Of a DNA stretch of 43,724 nucleotides, positions 1 through 11,009 are shown one piece after another; within the stretch, counting starts at the first letter, position 1, and each line of letters starts with the position of its first letter. The stretch is from IMG/VR virus record IMGVR_UViG_2529293015_000003, one strand, 5' to 3'. The DNA is from a virus. Taxonomy: Duplodnaviria; Heunggongvirae; Uroviricota; Caudoviricetes. The notes under the pieces were generated by a model. It was not told where the DNA came from and made no database searches. It worked only from the letters and a program-made list of their open reading frames with translations. Both the position numbers and the translations under genes were made by a program.

Positions 1-2
1 CC

Positions 3-2596
<2,594 letters not shown>

Positions 2597-2597
<1 letters not shown>

Positions 2598-2624
2598 GAA
2601 AAGCCCGGCGTTCGGGCTTTTCTG
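2597..2624. terminator. Bidirectional rho-independent terminator between convergent genes
   Basis: Hairpin aagcccg-gcgtt-cgggctt (2601-2619) flanked by an A-run on the left and a T-run on the right. Confidence 0.6.
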
Positions 2625-2643
2625 TTATGACGGGTTCAATTTT

Positions 2644-3642
2644 TTATCCGTTACCGCGCGACGGTTTCTGCGTGATAAACGTCTCAAGCATCTTTTCCGC
2701 AATTGCCGACCAGGTGTGACACTGGACCTTTTCAGCATTTTTCACGCGATCAACGCGAGCAATAACCTCATCCCAATCAATCCGCGACTTGATAACCATA
2801 TGGTTCACCAAAGCCAAGCGATCTGGCGGAAGGCAATCGGGAGGCGTTAATACCAACGCCCCGCACATTGCCGCCTCAAGAACAGTTAATCCAAGGCTTT
2901 CGGGATGCGTAACGATAAAAACGTCACTCTTACGCAATTCAGCTGCAAATTCGGTTGCTGGCACCGGCGTCCGTCTGTATGGAGTTACCGAAATATTCCC
3001 CGGATCAATGGTAACCAATCCATCATCAGTCAACGTTCTGGCCTCATACGGAAAGGTCAGACGCTGAAGGTTCATAAGGATACTTAAGGAGTGATCAAAA
3101 CCACTAACATCAAATGCAGCGTGGTCTACAAAAATACGCAGAACATCGTCTGTTTTGGTTTCCAGATGGAACAGATCCTGATTCGCTGCCCATCCAACAT
3201 GTTTGTTAAAGCGATTATGACGCTCTAACCTGCCGGGATTATCCAGGTACCGCCAGGTATCATCGCGGACAGTAAAAGTAATATCGACTGGTGCCGAATC
3301 CAGCATAGAACCGTCGTATACCTGGGCTACCCATCCAGTGAATCGACGACGCAGTTGCACGCCTATTTCCTTGGGCACCGTAGTAAAATACCGCAATCCT
3401 GGCGCTAAAATGGCTTTCGCAGAACACGAGGTCGCAGCGGTCAACACAGCTTCAACATAATCCTCCGGGCTTTCGACGCCGGGGGAATATGGACGATGGT
3501 ATTGCAATGTTACCCCGGCCTCACTAAAGGCGCAGGCCAGGTTGTAAGCCCACATTTCCGTATATGTTTTCACATCACTGATAGCTTCAAATTTTCGCCC
3601 AATGATCAGGATGTTCATCGGCTTTTCCTCATTCCATTGCAT
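2644..3642 (-). CDS. GT-B fold glycosyltransferase (GT1/GT4-like)
   Basis: C-terminal FIVTHPESLGLTVLEAAMCGALVLTP matches the E-x7-E nucleotide-sugar-binding motif of retaining GT-B enzymes; ATG overlaps the helicase stop (TAATG). Confidence 0.65.
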   Translation of the reverse strand: MQWNEEKPMNILIIGRKFEAISDVKTYTEMWAYNLACAFSEAGVTLQYHRPYSPGVESPEDYVEAVLTAATSCSAKAILAPGLRYFTTVPKEIGVQLRRRFTGWVAQVYDGSMLDSAPVDITFTVRDDTWRYLDNPGRLERHNRFNKHVGWAANQDLFHLETKTDDVLRIFVDHAAFDVSGFDHSLSILMNLQRLTFPYEARTLTDDGLVTIDPGNISVTPYRRTPVPATEFAAELRKSDVFIVTHPESLGLTVLEAAMCGALVLTPPDCLPPDRLALVNHMVIKSRIDWDEVIARVDRVKNAEKVQCHTWSAIAEKMLETFITQKPSRGNG

Positions 3643-5012
3643 TAATAATCCTCTTGCCAGTCAGCACCAGCATAGTTATCAAACCGTGAGTATTGGCCGT
3701 TAAAAGCCAATCTCACCATGCCAATTGGGCCATTTCGTTGCTTACCGATAATCACCTCGGCAATGCCCTTCATTTCGCTATCCGGGTGATAAACTTCGTC
3801 GCGATACAGAAACATGATCAGGTCTGCGTCCTGCTCAATTGCTCCTGATTCACGTAAATCTGAATTTACCGGTCGTTTGTCCGCACGCTGTTCAAGCGAT
3901 CGATTAAGTTGTGACAATGCCACCACCGGTACTTGTAATTCCTTCGCCAACGCCTTCAGTGAGCGAGAAATCTCGGCAATTTCCAGCGTTCGGTTATCTT
4001 GCAGCTCGGGGACGCGCATAAGTTGCAGGTAGTCGATCATAATCATGCTCAAACCACCATTTTCTTTATAAACACGACGAGCGCGGGAACGTAGCTCTGT
4101 CGGCGTCAGGGCGCTTGAGTCATCAATAAAAATATTCTGCTTGTCCAACAGAATACCCATTGCGCCAGAAACCCGCGCCCAATCATCGTAGTTAAGTTGC
4201 CCCGTTCTAATACGAGTCTGATCAACGCGTGCAAGAGAAGCCAGTGAGCGCATCATCAGCTGGTGGCTCGGCATCTCAAGGCTAAAAACCAATACGGGCT
4301 TATCGTTACGGACTGCGGCATTTTCGACGAGATTCATCGCAAACGTAGTCTTCCCCATCGATGGGCGGGCGGCGACAATGATGAGATCGGACGGCTGAAG
4401 CCCTGCCGTCTTCTTATTGAGATCGGTAAATCCCGTATCAAGCCTCGTTACACCATCATGTGGGCGCTGAAACAACTCTTCTATGCGAGATACCGTTGCA
4501 TCGAGAATGCTGGCGATATCTTTTGGACCACTACCGCTCTTTTGTCGTTTTTCAGCTATTTCAAAAACGCGGCGCTCGGCCATATCCAGCAATTCATTGC
4601 TGCCCCTGCCATCCTGCGCATATCCAGCTTCGGCTATTTCATTTGCGACGGAAATCATTTCACGAACAACCGCGCGTTCACGAACGATATCCGCATAAGC
4701 ACAAATATTTGCCGCGCTGGGCGTGTTCTTTGACATCTCCGCAAGGTACGCAAAACCACCGGCGCGTTCTAATTTACCGTTCTGTTCAAGTGCTTCAGCA
4801 AGTGTTATCAAATCAATCGGTTTGCCATGACTTAATAACCTCTCCATCTCACTGAAAATTTCACGATGAGCACTGGTATAAAAATCATCAGCAACTATAC
4901 GATCTGCCACTTCATCCCAGCGGCAGTTATCAAGCATTAAGCCACCAAGTACAGCTTGTTCTGCACTAAGGGAATTTGGCATGGATTCAAGAGGGGATGC
5001 AGACATTAGCAC
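3642..5012 (-). CDS. ban: DnaB-family replicative DNA helicase (P1 Ban-like)
   Basis: 456 aa with Walker A ARPSMGKTTFAMNL, Walker B/H4 regions (IMIDYLQLM, ALSQLNRSLEQR) and a DnaB N-terminal domain; colinear with DnaB throughout. Confidence 0.9.
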   Translation of the reverse strand: MLMSASPLESMPNSLSAEQAVLGGLMLDNCRWDEVADRIVADDFYTSAHREIFSEMERLLSHGKPIDLITLAEALEQNGKLERAGGFAYLAEMSKNTPSAANICAYADIVRERAVVREMISVANEIAEAGYAQDGRGSNELLDMAERRVFEIAEKRQKSGSGPKDIASILDATVSRIEELFQRPHDGVTRLDTGFTDLNKKTAGLQPSDLIIVAARPSMGKTTFAMNLVENAAVRNDKPVLVFSLEMPSHQLMMRSLASLARVDQTRIRTGQLNYDDWARVSGAMGILLDKQNIFIDDSSALTPTELRSRARRVYKENGGLSMIMIDYLQLMRVPELQDNRTLEIAEISRSLKALAKELQVPVVALSQLNRSLEQRADKRPVNSDLRESGAIEQDADLIMFLYRDEVYHPDSEMKGIAEVIIGKQRNGPIGMVRLAFNGQYSRFDNYAGADWQEDY

Positions 5013-5291
5013 TCCACCCAGGCGTGCTGAATGTCAGATATAATCGGCATACTCAAATCACTCCTAACGATATGAGTCATCACCAGAAAATCAGGATTAA
5101 TGCGCCGGACTCTTCCCGGCTGTCACACCGAATCGCCAGGATGGTGAGTCCCTGAATCCGCTATCCTACCAACGGTGACTTGCACATTCCGGCTACCTGG
5201 TTTGTTGCCTGAGCTAGGGGAAAAGGTAACCCCTTTAACGTCACCAGACCGCTAACGACGCATGTGCCAGACGCCGTGTTACAACCAAATA

Positions 5292-5367
5292 TGGTGGCCC
5301 CTACCGGACTTGAACCGGTGACCGTGCGATTATGAGTCGCCAGCTCTAACCACTGAGCTAAAGGGCC
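5292..5367 (-). tRNA. tRNA-Ile2 type, anticodon CAT (lysidine-decoded AUA)
   Basis: 76 nt on the minus strand: GGCCCTT acceptor, D-arm TAGCTCAGTGGTTAGAGC, anticodon loop CTCATAA, T-arm ACCGG-TTCAAGT-CCGGT, encoded CCA; near-identical to E. coli ileX as I recall it. Confidence 0.85.
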
Positions 5368-5380
5368 GGATTACGGTTTC

Positions 5381-5488
5381 ATTAGTGCTTCAATGGCGCT
5401 AACAATACCGCCTACAACTATGGCAACAATGATAATGAGAACAATTGGATACTTATCTGCAAAATCCCAGAAACCCATCACTGATCCT
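5381..5488 (-). CDS. Small hydrophobic peptide (35 aa, single predicted TM helix)
   Basis: ATG with AAGGA SD 6-10 nt upstream; translation MGFWDFADKYPIVLIIIVAIVVGGIVSAIEALMKP; too short for the ORF track. Confidence 0.35.
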
Positions 5489-5641
5489 TCGAGACTGTTT
5501 TAAATATCGGCCATACCAATGTTACAGCTACTGCCACCAACGCCCCGTCCGATAAAACTGACAGGATTGTGCTGGTGAAATCCACCAGCACAGATAGCAC
5601 GAGAAAGACCAAAGCCAGAATTAAACGTGCTTTTATAACCA

Positions 5642-6067
5642 TCAGACATACTGTTCCAGTGGCAATTGAAGAGCCTGGGCAATTTTCTTCAATTGCTCCT
5701 GCTCTTCAGCCCCAATGCCATCCTGGTCAGCAATATCAATGCATAGGCACAGAACATCTACCGCATCATTAGTCCCGGACACATCAGCCAGCTCACGTAA
5801 AGCCTGGGCATTAGCTCGGCGCGGCGAGGCTTCATATTGAGCGCGAATATTGGCGCTCATCTGGGCAATTTCACCGGAGAAGGGCGCAAAGGCAGGAAGT
5901 GCTGCAATGGTTTTTTCCAATACTGCAATTTCTTTCGCATCGCAGGTGCCGTCAGAGTATGCAATGGAATATGCGCCCCAGACGGTCGCTTCCACCGCAT
6001 CACGGTTTTCCATCTTCTTGACTCCGCCAGCCGCTTTGCGGAATTTCTTTTTGAGAATGCCGAGCAT
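5642..6067 (-). CDS. TerB-domain protein (P1 TciA-like)
   Basis: 141 aa with TerB-like pattern (acidic/Ala-rich, TVWGAYSIAYSDGTCDAKEIAVLEK); GAGG SD 8 nt upstream of the ATG at 6067. Confidence 0.6.
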   Translation of the reverse strand: MLGILKKKFRKAAGGVKKMENRDAVEATVWGAYSIAYSDGTCDAKEIAVLEKTIAALPAFAPFSGEIAQMSANIRAQYEASPRRANAQALRELADVSGTNDAVDVLCLCIDIADQDGIGAEEQEQLKKIAQALQLPLEQYV

Positions 6068-6330
6068 TTATTAACCTCATTACTGGTTGGGAAATAAGGT
6101 TGCGGTGCCGGGTGCCTCCCGGTGTCCTTTGGCTGGTTATCCACCGTGGACGGGGAAACAAGGAGAAATGAATGGACTGATATAACCGTTTCCCCGCGTG
6201 CGCTTAGCCGCATTCACCGCAATGGTAAGAGCATTTGGCTGACTGAGCGGCGATGACGCCTGTACGCATTTGGTGATCCGGTTCTGCTTCCGGCATTCGC
6301 TTAATTAGCCAAATACTCTTAACGTTGCGA

Positions 6331-6417
6331 TGGCGGAGAGTAATGGAATCGAACCATCATCGCTTGCGCAACGGGACGGCTTTCAAGACCGCTTGAGCAC
6401 CATGCTCCCTACTCTCC
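6331..6417 (-). tRNA. tRNA-like, class II (long variable arm), anticodon loop CUUGAAA (UGA, Ser-type); non-canonical D-arm
   Basis: 87 nt: perfect 7-bp acceptor GGAGAGT/ACTCTCC, discriminator G, encoded CCA, T-arm GATGG-TTCGATT-CCATT; the anticodon stem needs two G-U pairs and the D-loop is short. Confidence 0.3.
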
Positions 6418-6809
6418 AGTGATTGTGGTGGTCGGTGCTGATCTCCGACTGCGCCTCTTTTTTTCATAGCCCATAAGGCCGGTCAGTGCGCTTGATGACT
6501 GAGGCATCGATATTTACTACGCCGCCTCGTTGCCATCGGGCGGACTTGCGCGCCAGCAACACGCATTCACCACAATGTTGAGAACACTGGTTGTCACGCG
6601 GCAACGCAACATTTATTCATAGATTGGGATATGACCCCGTTACGCCAGTGTTCTCAACGTTGTAGTGCCGGTTACGGTTCCGGCCAGGCCTCTTCCTCAA
6701 CGGGGTGTTCTCCATACGGACTACCGTTTATTGGTCGTTCCTGCGGTTTATGTTGTGAAGCCAGATGCTTATCTTCTGGTTGCTTCAAAGAGCTGCGCTT
6801 CCTCACAAC

Positions 6810-6883
6810 GGTAAGGGTACTTCGTAGGGATTCGAACCCTCTGCCAAGCTCGGCGATCTCCGACGTCGCAAAATACCCTTACC
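6810..6883 (-). other. tRNA-like structured element: canonical T-loop closed by a 10-bp perfect inverted repeat
   Basis: ggtaagggta (6810-6819) pairs with tacccttacc (6874-6883); the minus-strand interior carries GGGTTCGAATCCC plus a TCGG-agatcg-CCGA hairpin; 74 nt but no canonical D or anticodon arm could be folded. Confidence 0.3.
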
Positions 6884-6891
6884 TGTTGTGC

Positions 6892-6967
6892 TGGTGCCGA
6901 TTAACGGACTCGAACCGCTGACATCCTGCTTACAAGGCAGGCGCTCTACCAACTGAGCTAAACCGGC
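6892..6967 (-). tRNA. tRNA-Thr, anticodon TGT
   Basis: 76 nt: acceptor GCCGGTT/AATCGGC, D-arm TAGCTCAGTTGGTAGAGC, anticodon stem CCTGC/GCAGG with loop CTTGTAA, T-arm AGCGG-TTCGAGT-CCGTT, encoded CCA. Confidence 0.85.
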
Positions 6968-6969
6968 AT

Positions 6970-7045
6970 TGGCGATGGTGGATGGATTTGAACCATCGAC
7001 CCGTTGATTAACAGTCAACCGCTCTAACCGCTGAGCTACACCATC
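6970..7045 (-). tRNA. tRNA-Asn, anticodon GTT
   Basis: 76 nt: acceptor GATGGTG/CACCATC, D-arm TAGCTCAGCGGTTAGAGC, anticodon stem GTTGA/TCAAC with loop CTGTTAA, T-arm GATGG-TTCAAAT-CCATC, encoded CCA; 2 nt from tRNA-Thr. Confidence 0.9.
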
Positions 7046-7714
7046 ACTTGCCGGGTACGTCTCCGGCGAGGGCTTCCACCTCCGTATGCTTTTCGGCGCA
7101 CCGCGCCCTGGCTGCAATTCGGTAACAGGGGATGCATAACCCTGGCTTCCAGCGTGATTAGCGCCTTCAGCATGACGGGATATACCCGTAGCAAGACGTT
7201 ATTCCTAAATTGCTAAAAGCAATTGCTGTTACGCCGAATGAAAAAGGACGTAACAGGTAAGGACGCTGACCAAAAAGATGGCCCCTTCTCGCTCATCTGG
7301 TTAATCGAACCAGCGCCCTTACCTGTTGTGCCTCCCCGTTCCCTAATACACAGACGGGGACACTCTGCGGTCGATTTTTTGACGGGGGACGACTCATACC
7401 CCGTGGCGTCTGGCTTCTTAGGCCGCTACCATCATCAGATCATCGTTTGCATTTACTTTAATGGTCAGTTTCTAAACCGCCGCAAAGTCGCTAACCATGA
7501 CGAAAACCCTGAAAAAAACGCCCACCCGAAGATGGGCAAACTGGAAGCTCGTAACGCACTTCGGTGTTGCCACTTAGGCGTATGGTCAACCTGGCAACTC
7601 GGCGTCATGATGGGGAAGGAGTCACTACCCCGCCATACTTGCCGCCGCGCCTGTCGCGGCTAACAGCTAAATCGCTCTATAAATCACGATTCATTGAGGC
7701 GATATTACACTAAT

Positions 7715-7731
7715 AAATTTATTAGAGCAAT
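7715..7731 (-). promoter_or_regulatory. C1-repressor-type operator (17/17 match to the P1 consensus ATTGCTCTAATAAATTT on the minus strand)
   Basis: Plus strand reads AAATTTATTAGAGCAAT; overlaps the dmt stop codon (7722-7724). Confidence 0.55.
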
Positions 7732-10700
7732 ATACCTAAAACGTCATGAGCTACACCTCGAGTATCCCCCTTACAAGACACAGAACGTCTGGCAAAAAGA
7801 GGTTCCACTCTGAAGCCACTGTCATGATAAAGCTCTCTGATATTTGGCGCGCCACTGTTAGTAATTAGAACCTTTGCACCTCGGCGATGAGCATCCGTCA
7901 ACAGAGACACCAGGCGTTTTTGCTCTTCAAACTTAAAGTCATGACCGGAATAGTTCGTGAATCCCTCTGTATTTGGGAGCGGTTCATACGGCGGATCGCA
8001 AAAGATGACATCTCCTTCTCCGGCAGCTTCAATCACCGCAGCAAAATCACCACATACAAACTCAGAACGCCCTTCCGCACCAAGGAAGGCTTCCATCTCC
8101 TGCAATGGGAAATACGGAGTTTTATACTTCCCATAACCGACATTGAACTCACCGGCCTGGTTGTAACGCGTCAATCCGTTAAAACAATGTCGGTTCAGGA
8201 ACAAAAACGCCGCTGCGCGATGTAAATCATCATAGACTTGTTTGTTAAACGCATTCCGTACTGCCAGGTATCCTTCCTGTGTGTTGTAGTCCTGGAAGAA
8301 ACGATGTGCCAGAGTGATAAGTGAATGCGCCTCGCGTTGCAGAGTCTTGTAAAAGTTAATCAGGTCAGCATTCACATCATTTAGCAGATTTTCCTGGTAT
8401 CCGGCATTCATGAAGACAGCTCCGCCACCAACGAAAGGTTCAATCAGGCGCTTCCCTTCTGGCAAATAGCGAAAGATTTGTTCCAGAACACCAAATTTTC
8501 CACCAGCCCATTTGAATATGGACCGTTCGAATTCTGCCGCTGGTTTAACTTTTCGCTCTTTTGTTTCACTTCCTTCTTTCTGCCGACATACGGCCTTAGT
8601 AATCCGATCGCCAATCCAGCGCATTACTGGTATTGCCATACTATTGCCGATCGCTTTGTAACGCGGCCCGTCAGCTGCAAGCATCGCGGCCTCTTCTTCG
8701 CTTAAATCTGGATAGTGATTGCGAAGATATGCCAGTTCATCTGAATTAACTTTTTTACGCTTTTCCGTCGGGATCAACGTATGCCCATCAGGAAAACCTT
8801 GCAGCCTTTCACATTCGACAGGGGTAAGACGGCGGACAGCTACTTCTGCGTTTCTTACTTCATAGCAAACAGCTGTTGGATTTTTAGCCATTAGAGATGG
8901 TGAAGTATTCTTAGTTGCAGCATGTTGTGTACCGCTCATACGCTCAGGAAAAGCCAATGTAACAAGATGCTCATGGCTTTCTTGCTCACGTGCCCGCAAT
9001 GTACCATGCCCTTCTGACCAAAAACCTGCTCCTGTGCTGCTAAAAACGGCAAGGTCAGTGGCATCTTTAAAATCTCTTGCCTTTACTGTCGATGCGGTTT
9101 CATCGTCAATATATTCCCCAAATGCTGCCATCCTGAAAGCGTTTACGGCTTTCGTCGATTTCATACCGGGTGGCATGTCAGCGTGTAGGCATGGATTTAG
9201 GCTTTCGCCACTGATTGCAGCGCCATTTGCAATAATGGCGGAAGTGATTTCCTTCTTTTTTCGGCTCGGCGCAATATTCCGGCGCACGCCTTCGAACTCA
9301 AAAAGTACCGTTGCGGGATCGAGGTCTGTTCGAGCACTTGCGACAACAAACACGCGTCGGCGTCGTTGTGCCACTCCGAAGTATTGGGCATCAAGGATTC
9401 TCCAGGCCACTTTTCGCTGCGGTCCATAAATACAACCACACTGCGGCCACTTTGGAGCATGGCAACCGGTTTTGACATCCCACCGCCAGAACGCGTTACT
9501 TTTTCCTGATTCAGGTCGATCACCTGGTTCAAATGGCGCATCTTCTCCAGCCAATCCGGCAAGGAAACATCCGAAGGCGTTATCTGCCGATGACAAGACT
9601 CCTGGGACATTTTCCCAGACGATAACGGATGGTTTGAGAAATGACTCAGCCCGTTTGTCGTCAATTGCATTTGCAAGCTCCACATACTTTAAAGTTAGCG
9701 CGCCACGCTCATCATCAAGCCCACCACGTAATCCAGCGATACTGAATGCCTGACAGTTATGGACCACCGCACCATTGAGGATATAGGAATGATCACCTTC
9801 GACTTCTATGTTGTATACAGTATCTAGGCCTACCGATTTAAACTCTTTGACTGTTCGTAAAAGCATTCCATGAGCCAATCTTGATTTACGTGACAATTTC
9901 TGCGGGCAGATTGTTACCTGATAATAATTCCGTTGATTTACCACGCGATCCTCAATCACTTTTTTGGGCTCAACTTCAATAAAGCTGACCGAAGAAACAT
10001 AACCACAAGTCTGTGACAACTCCGCAACGCCCCAAGCAAGCGCAGGACTAACACTATTAATTCTAAATCCCGCTTTACCACTTGGTGTCCCATCAGTATC
10101 AAGATAGCCTTGTAAAAACACATGACGCAATGGATGCGACATCACCCATGCAGGGATACGCTTAGCATGGCTTAACTCGCCAAAATGTTCATTAAGCCAA
10201 TTGGCATAACACGTATCATTCAAGGTTACTTTGATGCTCCCTCGGATTTCGCTTGCCACGGAAAATATGTTTTCTGGTATGCGGCAATGAAACTTTCTCA
10301 ACTTCTGGCAATTTATGCCAAAAACAACCGCCTTCTTAGATTTACCTTTCCATCTCCTAATATATCCATCGCCAACATAAGCGCCCGCAAGATACATAGC
10401 CTGTTCTTCAGACAAGAACCGAGAACAAATATCTGGAGATGCAATATTGAAATTAGTTAGAGCACACCATTGATATCCCGGCATATCACATGCTGCTCGC
10501 CATTCCGGTTCAGACAACAACTCTCTCTTAAAATATGTGCCATTTTTCCGGGTGTTTTGGGCTTTCCACCGAACCGCCAGGAAGGGATGGTCATTGGTTG
10601 TTCTTATACCTAAAGGCTGCCCAACGGCATTAAGTAACCCCGTATTAGCTATTTTTGAACCAACTCTTTTTACTTGTTGTAACCGCCCGAGATGACTGAC

Positions 10701-11009
10701 TACGTAATCGCCAGGGCAAACATCTTCTATTGGTTTATAACCATTTTTACAAAGAACCATATGCCCCGCGGTAAAACATGGTGTCCCTCCCACCAGCACA
10801 TCAGGGGCTTCAATTTCTCCAGCCTGGACTTTTTGGGCGAGTTTTGTCATGTCGCCAAGGTTGGCGACATGGGGCCAGCGGTGCGCAAGAACGGCAGATG
10901 GAAAAGGCTCTATTTCAGCAAACCACGCCGGACGCATACCCAACGGTTCCCAGGCAATACTCGCGGCTTCAATTCCACTGCAAACAGATCCATAGCACAG
11001 TTCTTTCAC
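7722..11009 (-). CDS. dmt: Bifunctional DNA methyltransferase: N-terminal C5-cytosine MTase (intein-interrupted) fused to C-terminal Dam-like N6-adenine MTase
   Basis: C5 motifs: [10 protein letters not shown] (I), [12 protein letters not shown] (IV, split by the intein), IVWENVPGV (VI), [10 protein letters not shown] (VIII), [17 protein letters not shown] (IX/X). Dam-like C-terminus: [25 protein letters not shown] start overlaps the rdgC stop (GTGA). Confidence 0.85.
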   Translation of the reverse strand: MKELCYGSVCSGIEAASIAWEPLGMRPAWFAEIEPFPSAVLAHRWPHVANLGDMTKLAQKVQAGEIEAPDVLVGGTPCFTAGHMVLCKNGYKPIEDVCPGDYVVSHLGRLQQVKRVGSKIANTGLLNAVGQPLGIRTTNDHPFLAVRWKAQNTRKNGTYFKRELLSEPEWRAACDMPGYQWCALTNFNIASPDICSRFLSEEQAMYLAGAYVGDGYIRRWKGKSKKAVVFGINCQKLRKFHCRIPENIFSVASEIRGSIKVTLNDTCYANWLNEHFGELSHAKRIPAWVMSHPLRHVFLQGYLDTDGTPSGKAGFRINSVSPALAWGVAELSQTCGYVSSVSFIEVEPKKVIEDRVVNQRNYYQVTICPQKLSRKSRLAHGMLLRTVKEFKSVGLDTVYNIEVEGDHSYILNGAVVHNCQAFSIAGLRGGLDDERGALTLKYVELANAIDDKRAESFLKPSVIVWENVPGVLSSADNAFGCFLAGLAGEDAPFEPGDRPESGKSNAFWRWDVKTGCHAPKWPQCGCIYGPQRKVAWRILDAQYFGVAQRRRRVFVVASARTDLDPATVLFEFEGVRRNIAPSRKKKEITSAIIANGAAISGESLNPCLHADMPPGMKSTKAVNAFRMAAFGEYIDDETASTVKARDFKDATDLAVFSSTGAGFWSEGHGTLRAREQESHEHLVTLAFPERMSGTQHAATKNTSPSLMAKNPTAVCYEVRNAEVAVRRLTPVECERLQGFPDGHTLIPTEKRKKVNSDELAYLRNHYPDLSEEEAAMLAADGPRYKAIGNSMAIPVMRWIGDRITKAVCRQKEGSETKERKVKPAAEFERSIFKWAGGKFGVLEQIFRYLPEGKRLIEPFVGGGAVFMNAGYQENLLNDVNADLINFYKTLQREAHSLITLAHRFFQDYNTQEGYLAVRNAFNKQVYDDLHRAAAFLFLNRHCFNGLTRYNQAGEFNVGYGKYKTPYFPLQEMEAFLGAEGRSEFVCGDFAAVIEAAGEGDVIFCDPPYEPLPNTEGFTNYSGHDFKFEEQKRLVSLLTDAHRRGAKVLITNSGAPNIRELYHDSGFRVEPLFARRSVSCKGDTRGVAHDVLGILL
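9756..10778 (-). mobile_element. Intein (341 codons) with LAGLIDADG homing-endonuclease domain, inserted in the PCQ catalytic motif of the C5-MTase
   Basis: Begins Cys78 (CFTAGHMVL, block A), block [20 protein letters not shown] motifs [10 protein letters not shown] and [10 protein letters not shown], block [13 protein letters not shown], block G NGAVVHN, +1 Cys; excision joins GGTP to CQAFSIAG. Confidence 0.85.

Noticed and set aside
5013-5291. Possible structured RNA or extra tRNA in the ban leader (TAGCTCAGG-like segment on the minus strand)
   Set aside because: I could not fold a cloverleaf: no complementary acceptor or D-stem partner. Left as an untranslated leader.
6151-6196. Hairpin containing a 5-codon mini-ORF with a strong AAGGAG site (ATG AAT GGA CTG ATA TAA) on the plus strand
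   Set aside because: Nothing is encoded downstream on the plus strand, so a leader-peptide attenuator has no obvious target; most likely coincidental sequence inside a minus-strand intergenic hairpin.
6803-7117. 104-aa minus-strand ORF (and the 96-aa plus-strand ORF 6631..6921)
   Set aside because: Both run straight through the tRNA-Thr and tRNA-Asn genes; they are artefacts of the open frame over structured RNA genes.
7223-7663. 146-aa plus-strand ORF in the non-coding stretch between tRNA-Asn and dmt
   Set aside because: No ribosome-binding site, amino-acid composition looks random, and it lies antisense to the direction of every flanking gene; treated as a chance open frame.
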